A program made the translations under genes and the position numbers. DNA of 56,120 nt, the filler included, from Platydemus manokwari (Eukaryota), in assembly GCA_037951405.1 (NCBI GenBank). It is 5 parts of 5 records of this genome, joined end to end, with 100 filler letters (N's around TTAATTAATTAA, not from the genome) between each part and the next. Parts side by side here need not be neighbours in the genome. Positions count along the whole stretch, not along the records: positions 1 to 8,855 come from JBBMOY011338760.1; positions 8,956 to 21,715 come from JBBMOY011973600.1; 3 more parts are not named here. The stretch is one strand, 5' to 3'. Under the pieces are notes generated by a model. It was not told where the DNA came from. It did not search any database and saw nothing but the letters and a program-made list of their open reading frames with translations. Shown one piece after another: positions 1-12,587 of this stretch. Position 1 is the first letter of the stretch; each line of letters opens with the position of its first letter.

Positions 1-3000
1 GTATGTAAGATTAATTAAAATAATATTAAATTAGATTACCTTTGGAAGTATAATTATCCCCATAACCTTTAATAATTCTATTATCTATCAGATATGATTA
101 TAATTCTTAAACAATTAACCGACCAAAACTTAACCTAACTTTAAATCAGGATTTTCATGCCTAAATTTACAATTGGACTTCGAGCATGACCCTTTCAGAA
201 AATATCTACACAATTCCATTTGATGAAAGTCTACATTATCATTTTTAACTAACATTAATCATTATATTAAATTTAAAATATATAAATTATTACATATATT
301 AAAACAATGGTTAAAAACAAAATTTTTAAACAAAAATAATAATACGATTTATTTGACAAATATTCAATAACTGTTGATATTTTTAACAATGTGACATACA
401 ATCCAGGTATTCAAATTAACTTCTTGAATGATAGTCCAACATAATCTTTTAAAAATTTTATTGGTAAGATATTTCAGTGCACTTTTTGAAAGAAATCTTT
501 GAGGAATACAATCGTACGTTAGAACCAGTTTCGATAGCCTTTCTCGATATTCGAAGCTCGTGCCTCATCAACTGAATATTAGTGATGTGGCACCACCGCC
601 AAACAGGGGTTCTTCTTAACATGAAGGATGGATCAGACCTACAAGTTAGAGAACATTCACAACTTCAGGGACATGAGTAACTGCCTTCGAGCTATGCAAA
701 AACAGAAACAGTGGTCTAACTCAACAGGCACTGGCACAAACTAGAATAACCGAAGTCAGTATCATTCCCGAGCTGTTATACAAATCAGGGGCAAATACAC
801 CACTCACTTTGTTCTTCGACCCTACAAACTTTGACGTAAATCTTTATGATCTATATTTTTTGATCGTTAAGGCTTCCTATCCTACCTTAATGATCTCAAG
901 ACCTAATTTAAGATCTAAATTCAGTCTACATTTGTTTCTACTTGTAGGTTTTGAACTAACGCTGAATATTTAGAATAATAATTCTAATTTCAAATTTATA
1001 CCCTAAAATCGAATAAGCAATGTTAGCAACCTGAATGACACTCAACGAGTAAAGCCAATTAAAAATTCTCAGTGGAATCTGCACCCAACAGATAAAACAT
1101 AGGTAGAAATAACAACTATAAAGGATTTGTCATCAAAATGATCGCACAAAAGAATTGCAACAGATATAAAGTTACCAAAAGACAGGAAGTTGCTGGTGAG
1201 ATTCGGCTTCTTTTATAAGTTTGTCTTGTGTGTTTGCTTGCTGCTTTGTAGCTTTACCTTTTTTATTTACTGGAAACATATACATGCTAGTTAATTTCTT
1301 CTAACTCTAGTTTCATTGTCATGTGTGTTCCCCGTTTATCGAAATTTTGGAGGTTTATGATTGACGCGTACGTTCCTCGAGGTTATTTATATCGAACATT
1401 ATTTTTGAAGATTATTTTGAAGATTATTTCGAGATCTCAATAGGTATCCTACTTATTTTTGCTACAAACTCAACATACCTCTAAGTGGCAAAATTAAATC
1501 TTATTTCAAACAATGACCAATTTAATTCACTCAACATAATCAAATTCGTACAATCTCGAAGAATGTTCTAATTTTTCTGACTTATATGAACACCCAAAAT
1601 TTATCTAAATTAAATTATTTAATTTATTATTTAGAATAGCAAAAATTGTTATAATTTTAGTCTTGATAAAAACAATTATTTATGGTTACTTCTTTGAATG
1701 AGCCCGTTGTTTGTTACGTAATAATTTTGTGTAACTAAAAACTTCTCTGCAATTGAATTTTGTTTAAAGAGAATATGAATTTTATCGCAATTTCGATATT
1801 TTATTTCTTAACGATTTATGAAATGAAAGGGAGTACAAACAATAATTAGATGAATTATCAAAAACTGACAAGAAATCAGTTTGGAAAATCAACCAGGATA
1901 AATATCACTCTATATAAAGCGAGCAAACGAAACAAGTCATCACTAAATAAAAATTGCATGGAGTCAGAATATAAATTATATATTTAGTAATATTTGTTCC
2001 GCGTATAAAACTTATTGATTATCTGGCAATAATCGCTGTTTTCCAAGGAGTTGATTTCAAGTTAAAATCCAGCTTTTAAATAAATTCAATAATAATAATA
2101 TTGTCTACTCGCATTTTTTTAACCTATAAATTCGTCATCATTAGAAGTTCTTTTTGCTGTTTTAATAGCAAGTAGTTTGAATATTTATTTTGTTTTTTCC
2201 TGTACCATTTTTATATTAAGTACACACGGTGACATTATTTTTTGCTTGATTATTATTTGTAAATTAAAATAAGTTCCTCATTAGATTTGCTCATATGTCA
2301 TACATCAGTATTTTACTAAAGGTGGCTCATCACTGTCTAGTCCTAACTTATTATTCTTCATACTAGCATTGAAATACGTGTAACTCTAATAATAGAACTA
2401 ATAATAAATACAATTCATAAAACATAATTTTTATTATGTTTATTATTTTCATATTTCTATTTTGCGCATTTAGATACTTTAAATGACAGCTGTTTGTCTG
2501 AATATGCGCAGTGTCTGATTTTGGTTTACTTTATCATTTATGCCACGAGCTTGGGAACGGTCAGTTTCTGAGTCGAATTCCAATATATCAAAGGTTTGCG
2601 AATACTTCCCACACAAATATTATTTAAAATATATGTTGGGATTTTGGAAAATAACAGTTATTTATTCGGAGATATGACTCCATATATATAAATATGTGCA
2701 TGAATCTTTTTATCTTTAGTTTTGGTATTATGTGAATATCTCACTTATGTATCGATGTATAATATTAACAGTTTTTATTTTCAATAATTTTTTATTTTTA
2801 ATTCTTCTGGACAATTCTTTAAGGTTGAATAACGGTTAATATAGCAAGTAAAATAATATGGAAATAACCTTAAAGGTTATTTATTATTAATAAAATAATC
2901 CAATTTTCAAGATAATAAAAACCCGAATAAAAAACCCGTATTTAAAACCCATCAACCAAAATATAATTACAAATACCACTCGCAGATAATTAAATACCCT

Positions 3001-6000
3001 TATTTAAATATCCAAATGATTTAAATTACCCTTATCAAATATCGGAACAATAAATTATCCATATCAAATTCGATTTCTGTTTAAATTAAACACCAATAAA
3101 ATTTTGAACCCCTTTTGTTGGAAATAATAAATATCTTTTTCCACATAATGGAACCCGCATTTAAAATTAAATCAATTGAGATAAATTAAATAGAGCCTGT
3201 ATTTCGACGGAAAATCAACCCCAATAAAAATCATACAAATACGCCCTTAAAATCAGTAACATTGAACAATCTGTTAAAAACCGCTTATTGTCGAAGAATG
3301 TGCCAATCATTCGAATTCGTTAGTCGTAGAAAGCCACCCAATTTCTCCTGAATTAATCATATGCTCAGTTTGTCTGGAATATAAATTTGATATTGATATT
3401 CTTTTTGATTGATTGAATCCAGAAGATCAGAAAGCCATTAGTAAGCTACGATTATTGTAAAATCATCGATAATCTATATCAATCGCATATTTTCCCTATT
3501 TATCAGATTAATCCCAAATATCTTGAACAATCGGTTTTACTCCTCTTGGAACTTTGTCCAGAATTATAAAGTTGTCTTTCCGTTTAAGTCTATAGAAATA
3601 TCGATCATAACAAACCATATATTCATTGAATTAAAGTAGTAATTTATATTGTCCATTTTTATAGGAATAAAAGTGTGTCATAACAAGCTAGTTGATTTTG
3701 GATTCAGCGAGTGCCCTAAGTGTCACACAATTGTTATTAAACGATAATTGCATTGTCAATTTCACCATCTTTATAGAAGAGTGTAACGAGATTAAAGTAA
3801 AAAATAAACTGAGACTGATTAATAAAAAAGCAATATCTTTGAGCCGTTCATCCTGTATTTATACGAGGATTATAAGGATCAAGATGTAGGAAGATCATAA
3901 AATAATAATAAATTTTGTTGATACCTGGGGTTATAAGAACTCTGTGAGACTGATTAGACACGGATATTGCACAAGAGAATTCAAATAGTATCAAATAAAG
4001 TGCGAAAATAGATAAAATCCAAAGAGACTGACCCCACAATTGAACATATATAATGCATTTATGAAGATCGAAAAGCTAATATCTTGTTACTCAATAAACT
4101 TTCTCGAGATTTATTTGTAGACGTTTATTAAGCTATTACAATTTCGATACTGTATTTATTGTCCTAACTTATGAGGAGTTCAAAAAATTCAAAACTTTTA
4201 TGACTTCCCACCAAAGCACAAATACAGATTTTAAATTGTAGTTTGTAGTTGTTTATTATACAGAAAATGAGCATATTTAATATGTACATTGTGACTCCTG
4301 ATTTCTATAAAATTACCAAACTGTTGAAAATCTCATTTTACTTACTCCTTCACTCAAGAAATTGACTTCATGGTTATAAAACCATATTTTTCTAGATTTA
4401 CCTTGATTTTAATTCCTTTTTGGTTGAATGGCTTCCTTTTCTTTAACTTTTTCCAATATCTGTACACTGTATTTTGTACCACTTCTTTGGAAAACCTTAT
4501 CTAAATGGTAGTCTATTGAAAAAAATAGTAATCAGTCCTTGTGTTAAAGTTGTAAATTCATGAGAATCTTGTTTAATCTCAACCTGGTACAGTGTTTATC
4601 CTACATTTGCCCAGCTGAAATTATGTTGAAATCATGAAATAAGTGGCACTGTTTATATTTCGAATGAATACATAAGGATTTTATTATTGCTCAATTATTT
4701 TTGTTTATTTAAAAAATTATTATTACATCAACAATAATTATTACATCAAAATATATCAAAGAAAATAGTTTTGGTAAAGTTACTCATATTTTGAAAGCAC
4801 AAAAATAATTTTGAAATGAGATTGCTTATTGGAAATAAACATGTGGGTTAAATCAATGCAGTAATAAATCAAAGGTTTGTGAATCAAATCTGAGTGAAAA
4901 GACATCTTAAAAGAATATAAGACAAAGTATTTTCAAAACAAAGATTATTATAAAAACTGTCGAATTATAATTCTGATTCACCATAATTAAATTTACGCAC
5001 TAATTGATCTGAAAAACTAATTCGGCTTACGTGAGTTCTTCTATCCAGTTTTGATGATTTAATCTCAGTAGTCTGTTTGACGGTGTTTTTCTTTTACTTT
5101 TCTCGGTATTTGACGACAATCTGTCGTTCCGGAGGGGCGGTTTGCTAAAATAAGATTTAATGTTTGCGTAGGAATTGAGTTACTGAATTGAGTTACCGAA
5201 TTTTTAATTTACAGTTTGTTTGATTTTTTATTTTTCAATAAATTCTTAAATTTTGGTTGAAAATTATTGCGCATTGCTTAATTTTCTTCATTTCTCACTC
5301 GATTCTTAAATGTACAATTAGTTTATTTAAATACTGATTCATAGCAAGTTCTGGTACTGTCATTTATTTAATTTAATATATTAATAAATTAATTACACAT
5401 TAAAAATGTGTAAAAATAACTCTGAAATAAAACTGAAATCTTGAAGAAAATTAAAAAATATTGCAAGTAGCTCTTAAATCATTAATATATACAAAAGCTA
5501 TAATTGTAAGTTCGATGTCAGTACATCGACATGTAATGATACAGAAATTTTATATCGCGTTTCGTCAACTAGACAGAAGAGGAATATCTCACAATTTTAG
5601 TGAATAAAATTAAAAATTAAAATTTTAATTGTTTTATTAAAACTCTCTTGGAAATATTTTAATTTGTTTGAAACATGTTTGTAGAAATACAAATCTTTTC
5701 ACTCCAAAGCTTCTAAATAAATAATTCTAACGAATTTAAAAATTTTAATGAAGTAGCTATTGATAGCAATTATTGTTATTAAATGATATCTGAAATATAA
5801 TTGTTATAAAATAATTTTAAATAAGAGATATATTATATTAAAACTGTCAATAATCAAAATATTTTTATTTAAATAATTTTGATGTTTGGTCCTTTTTAAT
5901 TTATATTTTACGAAATTGTAGAATTTATTACTTATGAAGTAGAGTAGAATTTTATTACGAAACCATTGAATACAAGAATTAAAATCAGATATTTTAATTA

Positions 6001-6347
6001 TTTACACTAAAGTTTCATGTTTAGTAGTTAAAACATATAAAACTCTTTCCATTCGCAGTGCTCTCTTAAAACATTTGTATTTTAGAAAAATTGAGTATTC
6101 TCAAATATAGTTTTCTGTGTTTAGTCAGTCTTATGATTCCTATATTGTATCATGTGCATATTTGAGAGATTTAATTATCTGATACCATGTTTATTTATAT
6201 TATTATATACATAAATATCGCAACCTTAATTCCAACAAGTTAAATAAAGTTGAACGAGGACACATTTTTAAACGTTTACTTTGGTATTTCAAAAGCAATA
6301 TCAATATACTGTTATAGATATATAAAAAACCTGATTCAAAAATTTAA

Positions 6348-6371
6348 ATATATATATATATATATATATAT
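6348..6371. repeat. (TA)n microsatellite
   Basis: About 12 TA units read directly from the sequence. Confidence 0.9.
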
Positions 6372-7303
6372 TTGGTTTTAAACTATTGTTTTTAATTCAT
6401 TTTTTTGGTTGATTTCATGTTAAAATCAACAATGACAACAATAATTAATAAATCGCATTATAAACATCGAAAATAAAAGCAAACTAAATAAACCAATAAT
6501 AAAACGCTTGAGACTGATAATTTCCAAATACGATGATCTTCTTTATGAGTTTAAGATATTTGTAATATTCTTTTACATTTTGGGTTCTTGTTATGGTTTT
6601 CTAATATTATGTTGTAGTGATTTCTAAATTTTTCATGTTTGAAGTTCATTAAATTCATTGTATATGACATAAATTAAGCCTTAAGCCTTTGATTGACACT
6701 TTATTCAAAGAATATAAAGTGTTTATTTTTGAATTTCTTTTAGGCTTTATTATAAATCTTTTTATCCTGTTTAGCATGAATGACACATAAAAATATATAC
6801 AAACTTTATTATTTCAACGAAATTTAAGTACCTCATTATGTTTAAAAATAGGTTTTTTGATTAACTTTATGATAAATTAATTCATTATCTAAATTCAGTC
6901 TTCAGTAAAATGTATTCAGTAACATTGTACGTCAATACATGTAAATAATTCTGCTTTTTTAAAATTTGTCATTGAAGCTTAGTTATGAATAACCATTTAT
7001 AGTTTTCTTATGATACGAAAATAATTTTTGAAAGCGTAAACTTAACTGCATTGATAACCTTTTCATTTTACAATTTATATCAATTTACAACTTAACTTTA
7101 TTTTAATTAAAACTAATCAAAAGCAGTTTTTGCAATTATTTTATGAAATAAAATATTTCTTATAAGTCTTTCAACCATTTCTTTAAATGTATTGTTTTAC
7201 TAAATAGTGAAAATCGCCATAATTTAATTTTAATATTAATTTGAAAAAGTGTTTCCTTTATAATTGTATTTTTTCTGCATATTTTAGATTAATAATTTCA
7301 GAA

Positions 7304-8221
7304 ATGAATATTTTAGATATGAATTCTGTAAATAACGGTTATTCCGCTAACACTTCTGCCAGTAAACTTTTGGAATCAGTACTTGAAGATATGAATAATA
7401 TAATTAAAGGTTGGAATGTATTAAATATATAATTTTCGATAATTATTGAGTAGCCAATGATCATACGGGAAATTGTACTAGTTCTAGCTCACTTAATTCG
7501 AAAATGATAGATTATTCAGACTTTACTAATGGAAATAACAATTGTTCTGAATTATCTCACGATCAAAAGTTTGAATTAATGGTTACAGAATTGCAAAACT
7601 GTCTCCAAGAGGCAGTCGATGTGCGTAGTATGATGAGAAATTTATCCAGCGATAAAAAGGAATTTTTGAAAGCTCTACTTAAATCAGATTTAGAAGTTAT
7701 AAAATTTGCAAAGGTTTTAAATGATGAGCAATTGAATTTGTAGAATAATATAACTATTTCACACAAAGTTGATTTAATGGATGAGATTTCCAAACAAAAA
7801 CTTGATATTGCATATTTACAAAGAGATAAGCAAAGCCTTTTAAATCAAATCAATGATTTGAATGTATTTATTTTTAAATAATAAAATATGGAATTATGAG
7901 AATTTTTTTCACATACAGGCCAAAATGGACAGAATAATCGACGAAAACGTAAGATTAAAAAAGGAATTGAATGTGTTGAAAGCTGATGAATTAGGTAGTT
8001 TGGGTTGTTTTATTTTTTGTAAATTTAATGAAAAAAACTTTGTTAGATTACTGTTTTCCTCCCAATGAATCAACGGATAATTGTTCGATTGGCGAAAGTC
8101 ATCAATCTAAAGATTCGGTATGATGATTCGTATTATTTTTTAGTCCAGTTGATGTATTGTTTACGTTAGGCTTTATCTAGTGCTTTACGAAACGAAAGCC
8201 CACTGGCAACAAGTACTCCTG
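7304..8221 (+). CDS. Liprin-beta (PPFIBP)-like protein, N-terminal coiled-coil part; 3' end probably beyond the contig end
   Basis: Manually spliced, phase-consistent GT-AG exons: 7304-7409, 7454-7713, 7744-7863, 7919-7994, 8047-8117, 8170-8221 (introns 44, 30, 55, 52, 52 nt). Product contains ASKLLESVLEDMNNIIK and HKVDLMDEISKQKLDIAYLQRDK, resembling the recalled liprin-beta segments ASDMLAAALEQMDGIIA and QKLDLMAEISNLKLKLTAVEKDR. No SAM domains before the contig ends at 8855. Confidence 0.62.
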
Positions 8222-8855
8222 GTAAATATTTGCATTGTCTTGTATATGACGTAATTGATTTATTCTGACTTTACGTAAAATCGATGATTGTTTTGGAATG
8301 GATAATCATTTTTTAAATAAATTTGTAAAAATTTTACAATTGCTATACTACTCATAATAATTAATTTTGTAAGTATTATATATAATGATGAAAATTTTTT
8401 ATTCTCAAATCAATCTTATATTGAATGATGAATGTCAAATTGAAATGATATACATATTAAATGATAATCATTATTATAATTATTTACTCAATGCTGATGG
8501 CATTGAAAGAATTTGAAAGCATTTCTTCAATCCATCAAGTATAACACTGTCAATTTATATTGGTTTGACGCTTATTAATAAATGAAATTTGTGTGGAATT
8601 TTGTATTTGTTTTTTTCATGAGAACTTATCTGAAATTTACAGAAGAGATTTATCATCGATTTTATAGTTGTGGTCAGAAATTGATTATTTATTATAGTGA
8701 TTATAATTATATGATTATTTAATAATAATGATTATGATTATATTTATAATGAGAAATTGAAATATAAATTATGCAATTAATAAAATTTATTATAATAAAT
8801 AATAATATAATTATAATAAAAAATAGTTATTATATAACTATAAAATTGTTGATAA

Positions 8856-8955
8856 NNNNNNNNNNNNNNNNNNNNNNNNNNNNNNNNNNNNNNNNNNNNT
8901 TAATTAATTAANNNNNNNNNNNNNNNNNNNNNNNNNNNNNNNNNNNNNNNNNNNN
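8856..8955. other. Artificial contig linker (N44-TTAATTAATTAA-N44)
   Basis: Identical 100-nt structure occurs four times; the 12-mer gives stop codons in all six frames. Confidence 0.97.
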
Positions 8956-8962
8956 TTCATGA

Positions 8963-8963
8963 A

Positions 8964-9000
<37 letters not shown>

Positions 9001-9018
9001 AATTATTATTATTATTAT
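8963..9018. repeat. (ATT)n microsatellite within AT-rich low-complexity contig end
   Basis: Direct run of ATT units; similar TAA/ATT-rich sequence flanks the linker (about 8690-8855 and 8956-9220). Confidence 0.88.
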
Positions 9019-9240
9019 CTTGATAACGGAAATATTAATTATAATCTCAATAATGATAATGCCGCTAATGATAATAATTAATTATTATTATATTATATAA
9101 TGATAATAATAAATTGTTATTAATAAAATAAAATATTTCATTAATATTATAAACGTAATGATTATAATTATTATTTATTATGAATTTTAGTTTTATATAT
9201 AAATATAAAATTTAATAATGATAAACCCCCAACCACTCAC

Positions 9241-9377
9241 CGAGTCAAACAATAATTGTCTTTCGAAAAATTATGGACATCTGCAGACCTGATGCTTTGG
9301 TAAGCAGCTGAGTTTGGATTGAGCATGAATGGGGAAGTATAGATTAGATTGTAAATCCACTGGTATAAGAATGCAGC
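9241..9377 (-). CDS. Isolated putative exon of an unidentified gene
   Basis: Acceptor ttatcatAG, 137-nt open frame (AAFLYQWIYNLIYTSPFMLNPNSAAYQSIRSADVHNFSKDNYCLT-R) and canonical GTGAGT donor at 9240. No family recognised; downstream exons would lie beyond the contig end. Confidence 0.3.
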
Positions 9378-10358
9378 CTATGATAACTTGTAAATGGTGG
9401 TGCTAGTAGTGGTGATGGTGATACACACGTGTTAATAAACCATGCGACATTAGATGTGACACGTAGCATCAGTGTGTACAGCATGTTAGGAAGGATTAAT
9501 TTGCTGAGGTGACAATTTCGATTCTGGAAGACGGTTTCATCAATCAAAACAGAGAGAGATTAATATGATCGCAAATACACAACAGATGAACATCGTACAT
9601 TGCAATGATAATAAAAATAAAATTAATAATTCGAAAAACTTGGTAACACATGATTGGAAGATGAGCTACAACCAAGTCAATATTTCATTCGTTGGTCTGT
9701 GAAAAGGAAAGCACACAGTTACGGCATAAGTATATTACGATCGCATACATCGTCGAGAGACAATTTTCTGCAAAATCGCAATTCAAATTTTCTACCACAT
9801 TAGTCATGATTTTTCTTACTTTTTCAATTAAAATTTTCAATTAGTCTGCTTTGCCAGACACGCCAACAACCAGTTTGATCTAAATAGACGTTAATCGATA
9901 TGAATGGATTTAGCCATTTGAATCCCAACATTCATTAATAGATAGATATTGGTAAAGTGCCTCAACCGATAACGATAAAATCATCACTCCAATGATGTAT
10001 TCATATTTCTGCACACAGATACACATATTATTTATTCACAATTGTCCTGTATTCGTAAACATTACACTCACTTGATCACATGCAAATCACAAATCAAATA
10101 AATCGTGGACATTCAGCTTTCATTTCCATCAAACTCGATGATGATTCATTAAAAATTTGCATTTTTATGTGCAAAAGTTTTGCTTGATAAAAGTGGGAAG
10201 CAGTTCTTATCTAATATTGGTACCTAAATAACCTTCAGAAATTCGATGATGAATTTTCATTCTATCATAACCAATCGTTGTCGAAGCAAATTTAGTATCG
10301 TTTTTCTTCGATTATGTTTTGTAAAAAAGATCAAAATAATTTTAAAAATGTACTTTAG

Positions 10359-10984
10359 AAAAATCCATTACAAAAAACACACGAAAAAGACGGTTTATTA
10401 CAGCTAAACGAATCCATCGAATTTATTGAGCAATATTCATTGGAATGGTAGATAACTATAAATTTGTGAATCCAATGGGTAGATGTAAATTTCATTTATA
10501 TTTGCTACAATTCTTTTCAATGAAAGATTAATTATTTTTCTGAACATAGACGAGTATTTTGTTTTGAAGAATTCATGTTTTATGGCCTCGTATGAGCAAA
10601 ATAGGAAGAATTAAAAAATTACTAGGATTCAATTTTAAAGTAATAAAGAATCTTTCTTGGTTTGAGAGAATTTGAATGAACCAGTGGATGAGGATTTAAA
10701 GAATCTATTATTAAAAAGGAAAAATTTTAATGTTGATTTAATCCTGTTCCACATATTTGATTTATCGATCCAAAGAAAATCACAAGAAATAATTAGAAAA
10801 AGTTTGCAATTGTATTCTACCAATTATAATTCATACCTCCATGTCCAAAACAGACCAAGTTGTTCCATTTGTAAAACAAGAATTTACAAACTGTTACGTT
10901 TTGATTGGTTTATTATTTTACGATAGATTTAAGAATCTAAAGCAGCTCTATACAAGTAATGATTTGTCTCAATTTAGAATATAG
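10359..10984 (+). CDS. Possible multi-exon hypothetical gene; exon structure unresolved
   Basis: Short open stretches bounded by AG/GT (e.g. KNPLQKTHEKDGLLQLNESIEFIEQYSLEW from 10359, and the 10672-10926 ORF). I could not build a consistent splice model or recognise a family. Confidence 0.2.
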
Positions 10985-12587
10985 TGGTGATTAAATTCCA
11001 CCAATAAAATACTAATCGTGATTCTTATATAAAATGAAACAATAAAATAGAAATGAGTGAAGAATATTTGAGTAAAATATATAATTGCCAAATCGAAATA
11101 GATCACAATGAAATACGATATTGGCACGAATTATCAAATATATAATCAATAATATAGGCGTGATTTAAATATAAAATTGATTGATTATCGAGAACTGTAT
11201 TGTTTTATATGAACGATTAATGATTGTTGCGTTTGCTTTAATGCATTATTGATAGTTCCAGTTAACCACTCCTTGAAAATTGATTTTATGATTTAACTTA
11301 AAGATTATTTACGGGTTCGACTGGATCCAAGCCAAGAATCCATTAAAATTAAAAATTAGAACAACATGGTAAAAATTAAAGTTACGCAGCAGTTCATGTT
11401 GTATTTTCAATATTTTTCTAATTTTTCTTCACTCTGAAATTTCAATTCCAATTTTCACTGAAATTGGTGTAGGCACGTGGGATATCGATTTCTACGCACA
11501 GTTAATACACGCGTTAACCAATTAATCGACAAGTCTCCTCTTACATGATTAATAATTTTTTGCGCGTTATCTTGTTTTATTCACTGTCTAAAATATCATT
11601 TTTGTTGTATTTTATTTGATTTATTGGCAATTGGGATAATCTATTCTTCCTATTTTATTATCTTTTGAATTTCTATTTTTGGATTTTGTTTTCTTTTTCA
11701 TTTACTTTTATTTTTATATCTATTTTTTAGCTTTTTGTACAGTTTATTATGATTATTTTTAGGATGATTTGTGTTACCTAGGTGACTTATTAACGGAAAA
11801 ATATTGTATTATTATTATTTATTATTAACTGAATGGGTATGTACCGAACAAAACAATAAATCAATTAAATTGATTAATATTTCAAGAAATAATTAAACAT
11901 TATATAAACCAATAGAAAATAAGCAACAAAATTTTAGCTGAATTTAAATATTTCATTTCTATCTCTCTTACGGTTTTAATATTTGTAACTCGAATTTATT
12001 TCTTGACCAGCTCGATTATTGTCTTATTCATTTGTCAGTGCGTCTCAATGTGATGTATTCCATTGGGATGTTTTAATTAATTTATCTTTTTTTGACTTTT
12101 TCTAATTTTATCTTTGTAATTCAAATACATCACATCGCATTGTACGATCGTCATAAAATCTCTTGACGTTCTGAATATGATGTTAGATAGATGAATTCAA
12201 ATAATGACAAAGAACAACAAAATATAATTCTTCAATACAGAGAAAATAGATTCAAAGGTAAAAATTAAAAATCAATAATTTAACAATACCAAAAATATTT
12301 TTATTCAAATAAAAAAAACATTAAATAAATATTGATAAAAATATTCACACAAATATTTGAGATAATTAAGATCTTATGCGGCCAGGATAAAGTGACAAAA
12401 GGTTTATTTGACGAGTTTGGGGATTAAAATTTATTGATTTGTGGACAATCAATAATAATGAGAATAACAAAATATTGGAAAAATTATACAGTTTTAATTG
12501 GTCCGTTTGGCATGACAAATAATCGATTTCACATTGACTGGAACCATTATAATCAATAATAATATAAACCAATCAAAATAGGATATT

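Noticed and set aside
500-975. GC-elevated stretch with a ~90-codon start-less open frame
   Set aside because: Possibly a retroelement fragment, but I found no diagnostic motif.
2900-3250. Degenerate AAATA/TACCC-like short repeats as telomeric or satellite DNA
   Set aside because: No regular period and no TTAGGG array; probably an eroded element terminus.
4140-4205. CTTATGAGGAG..TTCAAAAC, loosely like a minimal type I hammerhead
   Set aside because: Both core boxes are mutated and no convincing stem I or III can be paired.
12048-12135. 12-bp inverted repeat ATGTGATGTATT/AATACATCACAT as a MITE or pre-miRNA
   Set aside because: Short arms, a long unpaired T-rich loop, and no TSD or second copy in the window.
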